From Octopus vulgaris (lineage: Eukaryota), in contig OX597831.1 of the NCBI GenBank assembly GCA_951406725.2, forward strand, positions 25,048,001 to 25,112,000: a stretch of 64,000 nt of DNA, written 5' to 3'. Every line of letters starts with the position of its first letter. Within the stretch, counting starts at the first letter, position 1. Below are positions 27,089 through 38,491 of this stretch, one piece after another. Under the pieces are notes generated by a model. That model was not told the origin of the DNA, ran no database searches, and saw only the letters and a program-made list of their open reading frames with translations. A program made the translations under genes and the position numbers.

Positions 27089-27525
27089 AGGAGGAGTGGC
27101 TGTGTGGTGAGTAGCTTGCTTACCAACCACATGGTTCCAGGTTCAGTCCCACTACGTGGCACCTTGGGCGAGTGTCTTCTACTATAGCTCCGGGCCGACC
27201 AAAGCCTTGTGGGGTTGGATTTGGTAGATGGAAACTGAAAGAAGCCTGTCATATATATTTATATATATGTGTATATATATATGTGCATGTGTGTGTGAGT
27301 GTGTTTTTGTGTCTGTGTGTGTGTGTGTTTGTGTGTCTGTGTTTGTCCCCCCAACATTGCTTGGTGTGTTTACGTCCCCGTAACTTAGCGATTCGGCAAA
27401 AGTGACCGATAGAATAAGTACTAGGCTTACAAAGAATAAGTCCCTGGGGTCGATTTGCTCGGCTAAAGGCGGTGCTCCAGCATGGCCACAGTCGAATGAC
27501 TGAAACAAGTAAAAGAGTAAAAGAG
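27089..27525 (+). mobile_element. SINE family A, full length
   Basis: A-box tggctgtgtgg, B-box ggttcagtccc, internal (TA)(TG) tract, tail gtaaaagagtaaaagag. Confidence 0.92.
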
Positions 27526-27875
27526 TATATAGATAAATACACACTTGCAGATATACATCCACACATTTGCATGCACGTTTACAAGGAATAATGCAGATAG
27601 ACGTATTACACATATTCATATACACAAGCACGCTAACAGTCACGTGTCCATGTGCACGCACACACATACACACACACACACATGTACACACTCACACACG
27701 CAAAACTGTTTGAAGAAAGGAAATGAATGTGTAATGCTGGGAGCAATGGGCAGATAATGAAAATGTTTACACGTGTTAAATTCTAATGAAAGATACTTTT
27801 ACTCAGCTAGATTGAGTACATGGTTTTTTTTATATATGGATTATTATACATGTGATTGTGTAAGTGTATGAAAGG

Positions 27876-27922
<47 letters not shown>

Positions 27923-28067
27923 TATATATAGAAGAGAGAGAGACACACACACACATACCTATATATATGTGTGTATATATGCATATATATAAAAACATAC
28001 ACATACATGTATATTCCACATGCGTGCGCACGCACAAGCATGCACACACACACACTCACACACATAC

Positions 28068-28475
28068 ACTCTTTTATTCTTTTACTTGTTTCAGTCATTT
28101 GACAGCAGCCATGCTGGAGCACCGCCTTTACTCAAGCAAATCGACCCCCAAGACTTATTCTTTGTAAGCCTAGTACTTATTCTATTGGTCCCTTTTGGCC
28201 AAGCAGCTAAGTAACGGTGACATAAACACACTAGCATCAGTTGTCAAGCAAAGCTAGGGGGACAAACACAGACACACAAACATACACAAACACACATACA
28301 CATATATACATATATACGACGTGCTTCTTTCAGTTTCCGTCAACCAAATCTACTCACAAGTCTTTGGTCGGCCTGAGGCTATAGTAGAAGACACCTGCCC
28401 AAGGTGCCACACAGTGGGACTGAACTCGAAACCATGTGGTTCGTAAGCAAGCTACTTACCACACAGCCACTCCTA
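28068..28475 (-). mobile_element. SINE family A, full length
   Basis: Reverse complement of the 27089 copy. Confidence 0.92.
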
Positions 28476-28952
28476 TGGCTACGCCCATAGCCCTTAAACA
28501 CTTACTTCTCTCAGGATTCTATTTTGTTTGTCGCACATTAACTTCTGTAGGTTTGAATTATGTAAAACATTAGAGAAAGAAACCAAGATGTTTCTCGCAA
28601 TAAATCCATCTAAAGCAAGATTTATTCACAGACTCCTAAAATTCTCCTGTAGATCCCTAATATTCTATTTTGCTTCTGTAGACCTCCATGGGTCATATGG
28701 ACCCCCATTGAGAACTGCTGCAATAGCTTTCTCTTCCTTTTTGCACCTAGTTTCTCTCGTCTTCTGTTTCATTTGCTGAAAATATGGCCTAATTGAATTA
28801 ATATGATACATAATTACATTCATACAAAAGAGAGAGAAAGAGACACAGAGAGAGAGGTAGAGAGGGAGGGCGAAAAGAAAGAGAAAGTTGCTGAGAATCT
28901 GATAGTTTAGTTGAATAGTATTTCTTTGTTTATTTTTTCATTTTCAAAACAG

Positions 28953-29067
28953 TCTCATAATTGGATTGTTTTCATTGGAAACATTGTATTCACTGTTGTA
29001 TGTTCTTCCTACGTCTGCTGCCATCAACAAAGAAGAATTGGAGACATCAGTAATCAGACCTATTGAG
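28953..29067 (+). CDS. Candidate coding exon, signal-peptide-like (LIIGLFSLETLYSLLYVLPTSAAINKEELETSVIRPIE)
   Basis: Polypyrimidine tract plus cag acceptor, GAG|GTGAGC donor, 115 nt with a single fully open frame, unique sequence. Confidence 0.45.
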
Positions 29068-29193
29068 GTGAGCAAGGATTGTTCATACGACCATATTGCA
29101 TAATAAGACAGTTGTACTAAGTTTTGAACACAGACAAATTGGTTAACTAACTGTTACCTAAATATCTTAGCTATTCTTCTTCCATGTTTTCGT

Positions 29194-29597
29194 GCCTGAT
29201 GTCATCACTTTGTCTCCAACAATTTGGTGCAACACCAGTGCAGAATCACCTTTCTCCGACAAGTCATCCTAACGAGACGTCTGCGTTGGCTGGGTCATGC
29301 CCTCCGTCATCAACCAGGAGAATTCATCTATGAAACAATTGCCCAAGTTCCCCTTCAGGGTTGGCAAAAACAATGTGGTGGACAACAAAAATCCTGGCTG
29401 ATGACAGTCAAGGCTAATCTGGAACCCAACCTAGGCCCCCATATCTACGGCGTTCGCTGCTGGAATAAGGAGTGGTTGGAGATCACGCAGTCGTTAGCCT
29501 CAAATTGCCAGGCCTGGTCAGCGTTTGTGAGAGATGCAGCATTGAGGATGAATAAAGCCAGGTCAACCCACCCCGGGTGAATGCTGTCAAGTCAAGT
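29194..29597 (+). mobile_element. RTE-clade LINE, 5'-truncated (ORF2 C-terminus)
   Basis: RRLRWLGHALR...GGQQKSW...W motif of RTE-type ORF2; (TCAAG)n tail; 11-bp TSD catgttttcgt at 29183-29193 and 29598-29608. Confidence 0.9.
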
Positions 29598-30055
29598 CAT
29601 GTTTTCGTTTAATAGCAGTTTAGCTTTATTAGAATTTTTTTTTTTTCCCAATGCTGCCTGTGAAGTTTGTTCAGTGTAGTGACTTAAAGCTTACATTGTC
29701 TTCGATATTTCTTCGACAATATAATACTCTTCTTTCATGCCTCTTTGTTCAAGTCAAAGGTATGTGTTTGCATAATGTAATGCAATAAACAAACAGTTAC
29801 AATGAAAAAAGACAACATTAATATTCTAGCATCTTCGCAATATTATTACTTCACCAAAGCATCTTAGTTAAATGAGTCAATTCAAGATTTTATATGAAAA
29901 TTGAATTTTCTTTTCATATTCAATTAAACCTAAGAAGAATACAGCATGTAATCTCTTAAAACCATATTGCATCATTTGGTAGAATTTGGAATTTGGCCTT
30001 TTAATACAATTTCAAAAGGAATCAACAAGCTGTACAGAATAATTCTTGAAAATTT

Positions 30056-30810
30056 GTATGTGAGTGTGTGAATGTGTGTGTGTGTGTGCATATATATATA
30101 TGTGTGTGTGTGTGTATGTATATATATGTGTGTGTGTATGTATATATATGTGTGTGTGTATGTATATATATATATATGTGTGTGTATATGTATATATATA
30201 TGTGTGTGTGTGTGTATGCATATATATATGTGTGTGTGTGTATATTTATATATGTGTGTGCATGTATATATGTGTGTGTGTGTATATATATATGTGTGCA
30301 TGTGTGTATGTATATATATATGTGTGTGTGTATGTGTATATATATGTGTGTGTGTGTGTGTCTATATATATGTGTGTGTGTACATATATATGTGTGTGTG
30401 TATATGTATATATGTGTGTGCGTGCATATATATATGTGTGTGTGTATATGTATATATATATATATGCGCGTGTGTGTATGTATATATATATGTGTGTGTA
30501 TGTATATATATGTGCGTGTATATATATGTGTGTGTGTGTGTGTATGTATATATATATATATATGTGTATGTGTGTATATGTATATATATATATGTGTGCA
30601 TGTGTATGTATATATATATATGTGTGTGTGTGTGTATATTTATATATGTGTGTGTATGTATATGTGTGTGTGTATGTATATATATATGTGTGCATGTGTG
30701 TATGTATATATATATATATGTGTGTATGTATATATATATGTGTGTGTGTACATATATATATATATGTGTGTGTATATATATATATATGTGTGTGTGTGTA
30801 TATACATATG
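30056..30810. repeat. Compound (TG)n(TA)n microsatellite
   Basis: Direct reading; explains the C/V/Y-rich ORFs. Confidence 0.95.
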
Positions 30811-30825
30811 TTTTTGTTCATGTAG

Positions 30826-30873
30826 GAATGGAGCTGCTCCGAAACCAACTTTCAACAGATTTTTCGTCTCACC
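30826..30873 (+). CDS. Candidate small exon (EWSCSETNFQQIFRLT, phase 0-0)
   Basis: tttttgttcatgtag acceptor; weak ACC|gtactt donor; CpG-containing unique sequence. Confidence 0.3.
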
Positions 30874-31419
30874 GTACTTAAGTATTACAGTCACAGCAAT
30901 TTAATTACTTGTCAGCTTGTTATATCTGTTTCAGATTGAGGATTGTAATGTAATTTTTTTTCTTCCCACCACCATGCACACTTCAAGGACAAGAAAAGAC
31001 TTGAATAAAAAGTGTCGCCAATATGTGATAAGAGTTTTTCTTGAGGCTACAATGTTTGGTTATTGATCATGCCGAACTCATTAAGATCATTTCATATCCA
31101 TGTACAACTGTCAGCAATTCATTTGTTTTATCGCTTTTGTTTTTACCTAATTCATAGAGACACAAAAGCTATGTAGGAATTTAAAATACTGATTTTTGTT
31201 TATCGTGGTCAAAAGTTCAAATCTCATTTTAGAATACTTAGTTATTATCAGACCAATGATTGATGGAGGCCATGGAAAACAGTGAATGTGCTTCTCTCTC
31301 TCTGGTAGATTACCCACAGCAAATTTGTCTAAAAGCCTATATAAGATGTCTGGGTTGTCGAACAATTTTTAGTGTCAGAAGAACACATGATTTACCTCTT
31401 CAACATATGCATGTTAAGT

Positions 31420-31724
31420 TGTTTGTTCCTTCTCGAGCCATGCCTGGCTCATAAGGGCCAGTTTCTCAGTTTCATTGGCGTATAGGTTCCCCACCTGGAC
31501 GGGATGCCGGTCTGTTGCATGTGAGCTGCAAGATGCAGGAGGAAAGAGTGAGAGAAAGTTGTGGTGAAAGAGTCAGCAGAAGTTCGTCATTACCTTCTGC
31601 CGGAGCCGCGTGGAGCTTAGGTGTTTACGCTCAATAACACACACATCGCCCAGTCTGTGATTCGAAACCACCAATCCCTCGGCCATGAGTCTGCTGCTCT
31701 AACCACTAGGCTATGTGCCTCCAC
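31420..31724 (-). mobile_element. Chimeric SINE (family D head and centre, family C-like tail)
   Basis: 13-bp TSD atgcatgttaagt at 31407-31419 and 31725-31737. Confidence 0.85.
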
Positions 31725-31993
31725 ATGCATGTTAAGTGTGTGAGTGTCTGTGCACGCGTGCGTGTGTGTATGTGTGTGTGTGTACCCTACTACCATTTAT
31801 TATTTCAACCAAGGAGTTATGTTCATGAGAAATCAAATCTACATATTGTTAGCGATGGACATTAACTATATTTTTTAGAATTTTCAATATACTTTGTAAG
31901 ACATTAGTGAGATGTGTGTTAGCCATGAAAGTCAAGAATCCAGAGTAACTTCTGAAGTTTCAGTTTTATAAAATCTACAAATTTTATACAACA

Positions 31994-32290
31994 CTAGCGG
32001 TATCGCCCGGCGTTGCTCGGGTTTGTAAGGGAAATAACTATATAAGCATTTTTAGAGAGTTACTTTCCTTATATAATAGCAAAAAAATGCATTAAAAATG
32101 GGGAAAAATTATGGTAAATTTTTTTTTAAATCGTAGACTCATCGTAGACGCGCGCTAATACCCAGAAGGGCTCGATATGAATCACGACTATATGATACCC
32201 GCTTTTGGTTAAACTGCACCGCAAAATGTGGGAGTAGTTAAGAATCTAAATCATAGGAGACAGACACACAACTTCACTTTTATATATATA
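31994..32290 (-). mobile_element. Non-autonomous Helitron
   Basis: Minus-strand 3' end: GC hairpin cccgagcaacgccggg followed by CTAG|T; 5' end atatatataaaagtgaagttgtgtgtctgtc. Confidence 0.75.
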
Positions 32291-32549
32291 TGGAGTAATG
32301 AGGCCTTTTTTTGTAAATTAATTTCCACAACTGCCTACTACCTTTGTAGTGATAAAGATAACTATATCTTATTTGAATCTGTCACTTCTAGCTTCCTCTG
32401 ACAGGCAGTCACACCAGCATACTTACAGTTTCAGTTCAAGCCAGAGTTTGATCACTCCATCCTATATGAACAAAAACATAAGGACGAACATACATACATA
32501 CATACAACTGAGCACTCATAGAACATACCTATTTATAACAGTTGACAAA

Positions 32550-32990
32550 CATCATCATCATCATCATTTAACGTCCATTTTCTATGCTAGCATGGGTTGG
32601 GCGGTTCGACCGAAGTCTGGGAAGCCAGGAGGCAGCACTAGGTTCCAGTCTTATCTGGCAATGTTTCTACAGCTGGATGCCTTTCCTAACATCAACCACT
32701 CCATGAGTGTAGAGGGTGTTTTTTACGTGCCACCGGCACAGATGCCAGAAGAGGCAGGCAAACGGCCACGTTCAGTTGGTGATTTTACGTGTCACCGACA
32801 CAGGCACCAGTCAGGTGGAACTGGCATCTGCCACGTTCGGACAGTGTTTTTCGCATGTCACCGGCATGGGTATCGTATTATTATTATTATCATCATCATC
32901 ATTTAACGTCCATTTTCTATGCTAGCATGGGTTGGGCGGTTCGATCGAAGTCTGAAGCCATGAGGCAGCACTAGGTTCTAGTCTGATCTT
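32550..32990 (-). mobile_element. Family E (RTE-like) 3' end with local tandem duplication of the terminus
   Basis: catcatcatttaacgtccattttctatgctagcatgggttgggcggttcga at ~32560 and ~32893. Confidence 0.8.
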
Positions 32991-34467
32991 GAAGTTGCCT
33001 GTTAACTTAACTGAGTGTTTGGGTTTACGTATTTCCATTTGATTTTTATTTTGATGTTGGTATTTGAAACTGAAGATTCTTAAATCCGATCTTGAAGTTG
33101 CCTGTTATTTGAACGGGAACATAACAATACAGAAGCCAAGGTATTCATAGCCACATTGAAATTGGATAACTCACCAGTACCTAAAGATTTTATCCTATGC
33201 TTTCAAAATAGGAAGAATTACAAAATGCTTAGCACAGTCGTCTATTCAACTGTGACGAACCATACACATATTTCTAGTCATGCATAAAATCATGTAACAT
33301 CTTAAAGTCTTCAAGATTCATTGTATAAAACACACAAGCAAAGGAGACAAGCTATTCTTCAGGAAATTTTAGTGTTAATCCTTTATGATAGGAATAAGCT
33401 ATTTTAGTCAGTTGATATTTGGAAATAATTCAGTGTATATCATTCTATGTGTCTACCAGAATTTGCCAATTTTGTTATTTTGTTCAAAGTTGCGAAAGGC
33501 TATGGTTGAAAATTTTATTTCTCTGAGACAAAGTCGAGGTTATAATTGTTGAAATTACCATCACTTAAATTCCAGTTACATTTGGAGAGTGAAATGGTGA
33601 GGTATATCGGTGTATCTCCATGCGTCTGGATGTGTATATATACTGCTTGTATTCTTTTCTTAATAAGAATTTTCGGGAAGCCCTAACTTACTTTGTTTCA
33701 TTATAACTGCAAAGGAGATTTTAACTCAGTAACCTAATGCTTCAGAAAGACACACAGCAGTTAAAACAGCCAATATTAGAGATGTTGACATTACCTAGAA
33801 CAGAAGTGTTTTGCATATTTGTACCCGAAAGGTTTCTTCTGTTTATCTTGTCTATGGAATCAGTGAAGGATTTTGTGCAGCTTTAGCTCACCTGAAGATT
33901 ATTTTCACTAAATGGCTTAGGATAGCTATATTCTAAAGAAAAATACTCAGAGAATAATAGTTTAACTTTTATCAATGGTTCAGCGAAACAGATTAGAAAC
34001 CTCTTTGTAAATTTAGGTATTTTAATGTAATAGAGTTCTATCTAACCAAGCAAATCTCATTTCTTAAATAATAGAGAGGAAAGTAAGTTTAACCACAATA
34101 TGTACTTTTCTCAATAAGCTTAAAAATGTCTTTACTAAAATCACGGCTGTAAAGCTACCTTATTTTCCTATTTCCCTCAAAACATATTCTGTAGTGTTTC
34201 TATTAATTAATACACATTACCAACGCTGTTATCCAATTTAAGGTGGATTAATTTATTACTAACAGTTTCTTATAATACAAAGTAACTCTAAGTTACTATT
34301 CTCTCTGTGATTATAAGAATTAGCAACCCATCTTTGGTGATAGATACTGAAACTAGTCAAGCTGGTCTCCTTTTTTCAAATCACAGAAAAGGAGTTTGGT
34401 CCAGTTGTCCCCAGATCTTGTGGTTTAACTATAGTATGTACTTTCCACAGCAGAACTAAAAACATGT

Positions 34468-34840
34468 CCTTTATTCTTTTATTTGTTTCAGTCATTTGAC
34501 TGCGGCCATGCTAGAGCACTGCATTTAGTCAAATAAATTGACCCCAGGACTTATTCTTTGTAAGCCTAGTACTTATTCTATTGGTGTCTTTTGCTGAACC
34601 GCTAAGTTACAGAGATGTAAACACAGCAGCATTGGTTGTCAAGCGATAATGGGGAGACAAAACAGAAACTCACACACACATATACGATAGGATTCTTTCA
34701 GTTTCCATCAACCAAATCCACTCACAAGGCTTTGGTTGGCCTGAGGCTATAGTAGAAGACACTTGCCCAAGGTGCCATGCAGTGGGACTAAACCTGGAAC
34801 CTCGTGGTTGGTAAGCAAGCTACTTACCACTCCTGTGCCT
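34468..34840 (-). mobile_element. SINE family A
   Basis: Family consensus match. Confidence 0.88.
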
Positions 34841-35272
34841 ACTGTGTTTACTAAAAATGCATAATCACTCATCTACTTAACATCATTTCTCTCTCTCTTT
34901 CACTTTCTCTCCCCCTTCCTCTCTTTCTCTTTATATATATAGAAATATGTGTGTGTCTGTCTGTTTGTATGTATATATGTCTTGTTAAGGTTATTGTAGA
35001 ACGACTTTATCCCTTTAGTTTACTCTGTAAAATGTAATGCTTATACACTGTTCATTAGTTTTGAAATTTCAATAATGTGATTATTTATTATTACAGTAAC
35101 ATTGTATGGTAAGTGTGAGAGGCTGGATCTGGCTTGTGGGAACATAAAACTAGTAGAATATTATTTGGGCTGGATATGGCCTTACAGTTCTATATTTAAG
35201 AAATGAGGAATTATGTATGTTATTTACATTATTTATATTTGATGGATATTTGTTCTCATCTTGTTTGTTGTT

Positions 35273-35318
35273 AACACAACGTTTCAGCTGATATACCCTC
35301 CAGCTTTCATCAGGTGTC
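35273..35318 (-). ncRNA. Minimal type I hammerhead ribozyme motif (PLE type)
   Basis: GACAC-CUGAUGA-A-AGCUGG...UCAGCU-GAAA-CG-UU-GUGUU; stem I GACAC/GUGUU; palindromic AACGUU in place of stem III. Confidence 0.8.
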
Positions 35319-35395
35319 TTGGGGAAATTTTGAGCCTGGGTTCTTATTCCTAAGGTATTTTTTGATGTTTTTGTTATTATTATTATTATAATTAA

Positions 35396-35468
35396 GGTCA
35401 CTGCCTGGAATCGAACTCGGAATCTTGGGGTTAGTAGCCTGCACTCTTAACCACTATGCCATATGTCC
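35396..35468 (-). promoter_or_regulatory. tRNA-like sequence (Pol III A/B boxes) inside the PLE 3' region
   Basis: GGACATA-TGGCATAGTGGTTAAG...CTACTAA...CCGAGTTCGATTCCAGG-CAGTGACC, 73 nt; stems imperfect, so not a functional tRNA. Confidence 0.75.
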
Positions 35469-35487
35469 ATGGAGTGAATTTTAGGGC

Positions 35488-35804
35488 TTATAAATCTAAT
35501 ATTCCCCTATCTTTCCTTAATACCGGTTCCCATATGCTGTTCATATCTGCACTTGGTCTGCTTAGGAATTTGTTTTGTCCTAGCATATGTGCTGCCTCTT
35601 TTAGTTTTCCAGTGTTCACTGTCTATTATTTTAACTTCATCCCACAGGAGGAGGTGGTCTCTATTTTTCCATACATGATCAGCCATACCCGATTTATCAA
35701 TATCTCCTTGTGTCACAGCTTTGCGATGTTCCTCTACCCTTCTTTTGAGGCGGCAGCATGTTTCACCTTTGTATAACTTACCACAGCTGCATGGGATGAA
35801 GTAC
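35488..35804 (-). pseudogene. GIY-YIG endonuclease domain of a Penelope-like retroelement (frameshifted)
   Basis: YFIPCSCGKLYKGET..RLKRRVEEHRKA...KSGMADHVW...H...WDEVKIID.E, continuing after a frameshift as EAAHMLGQNKFLSRPSADMNSIWEPVL...*. Confidence 0.9.
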
Positions 35805-35953
35805 ACCAAGAACTGCATGTACTCCCTCCCATGTGGTAAGTTATACAAAGTCGAAACATACCGCTCCCTCAAAATAAGGGTAGAGGAACATCGCAAAACT
35901 GTGAAGTCAAAAGGTACCTTAGGAATGAGAACCCACGTTCAAAATTTCCCCAA

Positions 35954-35999
35954 GACACCTGATGAAGGCTGGAGGGTATATCAGCTGAAACATTGTGTT
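35954..35999 (+). ncRNA. Second hammerhead motif copy (CpG-mutated)
   Basis: GACAC-CTGATGA-A-GGCTGG...TCAGCT-GAAA-CATT-GTGTT; CG>CA breaks the palindrome. Confidence 0.65.
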
Positions 36000-36060
36000 A
36001 ACAACAAACAAGATAAGGACAAATATCCGTCAAATGTAAATAATGTAAATAATGGATATA

Positions 36061-36282
36061 CTCTTTTTACTCTCTATTACTTGTTTCAGTCATTTGACTG
36101 TGGCCATGCTGGAGCACCGCCGTTAGTCGCAAATCAGCACTTATTCTTTGTAAGCCCAGTACTTATTTTATCGGTCTCTTTTGCCGAACCGCTAAATGAC
36201 GGGGATGTAAACACACCAGCATCGGTTGTCAGGCAATGCTAGGGGGACAAATACAGACACACAAACACACAAACACACACAT

Positions 36283-36347
<65 letters not shown>

Positions 36348-36513
36348 TATGACGGGCTCCTTTCAGTTTCCGTCTGCAAATCCACTCACAAGGCATTAGT
36401 CGGCCCGAGGCTATAGTAGAAGACACTTGCCCAAGGTGCCACACAGTGGGATTGAACCAGGAACCATGTAGTTGGTTAGCAAGCTACTTACCACACAGCC
36501 ACTCCTGCGCCTA
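36061..36513 (-). mobile_element. SINE family A, full length
   Basis: Head ccacacagccactcctgcgcc at 36491-36511; tail at 36061. Confidence 0.92.
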
Positions 36514-37574
36514 TATGGCTAGTTTAAATTCTAAAGGGTTAAGAAACACAGAATATTTACTGATGGAATGACTCTATACTAAAGCAAGAGTCAAATTTAT
36601 TGTAACTATCAAGTCCAAAGAACTTCACAATAATACAAACACACACACACACAAACACACACTGCATTTGTCAACCCTAGGCTAGAAGAAAGTTCGGTTA
36701 CTTAAAGTGCTATATTGTGAGATTACACCCTAAAACCTGTGTTTGTGAAGAAAACAACTCCTTAAGAACACAAGAAAATATACAACCATCATTGTGTATT
36801 TTCCTGCATATGTGAGTGTGATTTTTTTTTGTTTTTGCACTGTGTTTGTCTGTGAATCTATGCTTTTTATTATATGTATGCAGTCATACATATTTTTCTA
36901 GTTATCTTTATTTACCTATGTGTTGTATATGTTATTGCTTTATATGAGCATGTGCATATGTATATGTATGTTTGTCTGTATTTGTCTATGCATATGTGTG
37001 CTTTGATATGATACTCAAATCGGAAAAGAAATAACCAAAAACATGGATAGATCTATATCTATTCCTATATCTTTGTGTATGTGTGTATGTGTGTGTGTGT
37101 GTGTGTGTGTATGAAAGCCAATTGAATGTATAGTTGTTGTTGTTGTAGTTAAGAACTGGCAGACAGTCTATCTACCTGCCATAAATCTTTTCTGTCTTCT
37201 AATCATTTCAAAGAATACAATAAAAGCTTCCCTGTTATTTACTATAGAAACCTTTTGTGAATGATTTCTTTGTAAAGAATTAAGATAAGTGAAAGCAATA
37301 TGTCTTTTGTTATTAGAATATTAATAGTAATTAAATCTTTAGGAAGTTAATAATACATAGAAATTATTAAATAAAAAGTAAATGTGTATTTTGGGAAAAA
37401 TAAAATAAACTGAAGATAATATATTAGTAAACAAAAAGAAAAAAAAAATGTCATTTTAGTACATGATGTTATAGAAATATGATTTAATTATTGAAAAGGA
37501 ATTTTTTGTTAAAGTGTGAAAAGCTATTTCCTATTGCTTCAATTCATGTTGATAATACAGTAATCAATATGATA

Positions 37575-37587
37575 ATGATACTGGTGA

Positions 37588-37668
<81 letters not shown>

Positions 37669-37676
37669 GATGGTGA

Positions 37677-37710
<34 letters not shown>

Positions 37711-37727
37711 GGTGGTGGTGGTGGTGG

Positions 37728-37778
<51 letters not shown>

Positions 37779-37830
37779 GGAGGAGGAGGAGGAGGAGGAG
37801 GAGGTGGAGAAGGAGGAGGAGGAGGAGGGG
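37575..37830. repeat. Serial trinucleotide tracts (GTA)(GAT)(GGT)(GAT)(GAG)
   Basis: Direct reading. Confidence 0.95.
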
Positions 37831-38091
37831 GAATGGTGATGATGTAGGCAGTGTTAGTTGCTGATGGTAATGATGGAGCTGTTGTTTTTTTAGCCCCCGG
37901 TCAGTCAGCGCTACTTGAGCAGACTTACGATGAAAAGCATTCTTGCCATGACCATCCTGTTTTTTTTCTTTTGTTTACAAGATAATTTATTTTGAAGTCT
38001 GTTATGTCTCATATCCTTCATTTTAAAGTCAGTTGGGTATGATTTTTTTGAGAAATTGGGCTGTTAGGGTTAGCTAAATGAAATTTTAGCA

Positions 38092-38491
38092 TAGGCGCAG
38101 GAGTGGCTCTGTGGTAAGTAGCTTGCTTGCCAACCACATGGTTCCGGATTCAGTCCCACTGCATGGCACCTTGGGCAAGTGTCTTCTACTATAGCCCCGG
38201 GCTGACCAAAGCCTTGTGAGTGGACTTGGTAGATAGAAACTGAAAGACGCGCGTTGTATATATGTATATGTGTCTATATGTTTGTGTGGCTGTGTTTGTC
38301 GCCCCCAACATCGCTTGACAACTGATGCTGGTGTGTTTATGTCCCTGTAACTTATCGGTTCGGCAAAAGAGACCGATATAATAAGTACTAGGCTTACAAA
38401 GAATAAGTCTTGGGGGTTGATTTGCTCGACTAAAGGTGGTGCTCCAGCATGGCCACAGTCAAATGATTGAAACAAGTAAAAGAGTAAAAGA
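38092..38491 (+). mobile_element. SINE family A, full length
   Basis: taggcgcaggagtggctctgtggtaag...gtaaaagagtaaaagag. Confidence 0.92.

Larger units (their letters stand above)
35182..36052 (-). mobile_element. Penelope-like element remnant with fold-back (inverted pLTR) structure
   Basis: GIY-YIG remnant, inverted duplications 35713-35804/35818-35904 and 35218-35362/35909-36052, hammerhead motifs in both arms, apparent TSD tggatatggc. Confidence 0.88.

Noticed and set aside
30064-30904. Long Cys/Val/Tyr-rich ORFs (253-278 aa) and similar YI-, SIYL- and poly-S/K/N ORFs throughout
   Set aside because: Translations of microsatellites that are open in several frames; no coding signal
35396-35468. 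Functional tRNA gene
   Set aside because: Acceptor and anticodon stems are mispaired and there is no T-run terminator; kept only as a tRNA-like promoter
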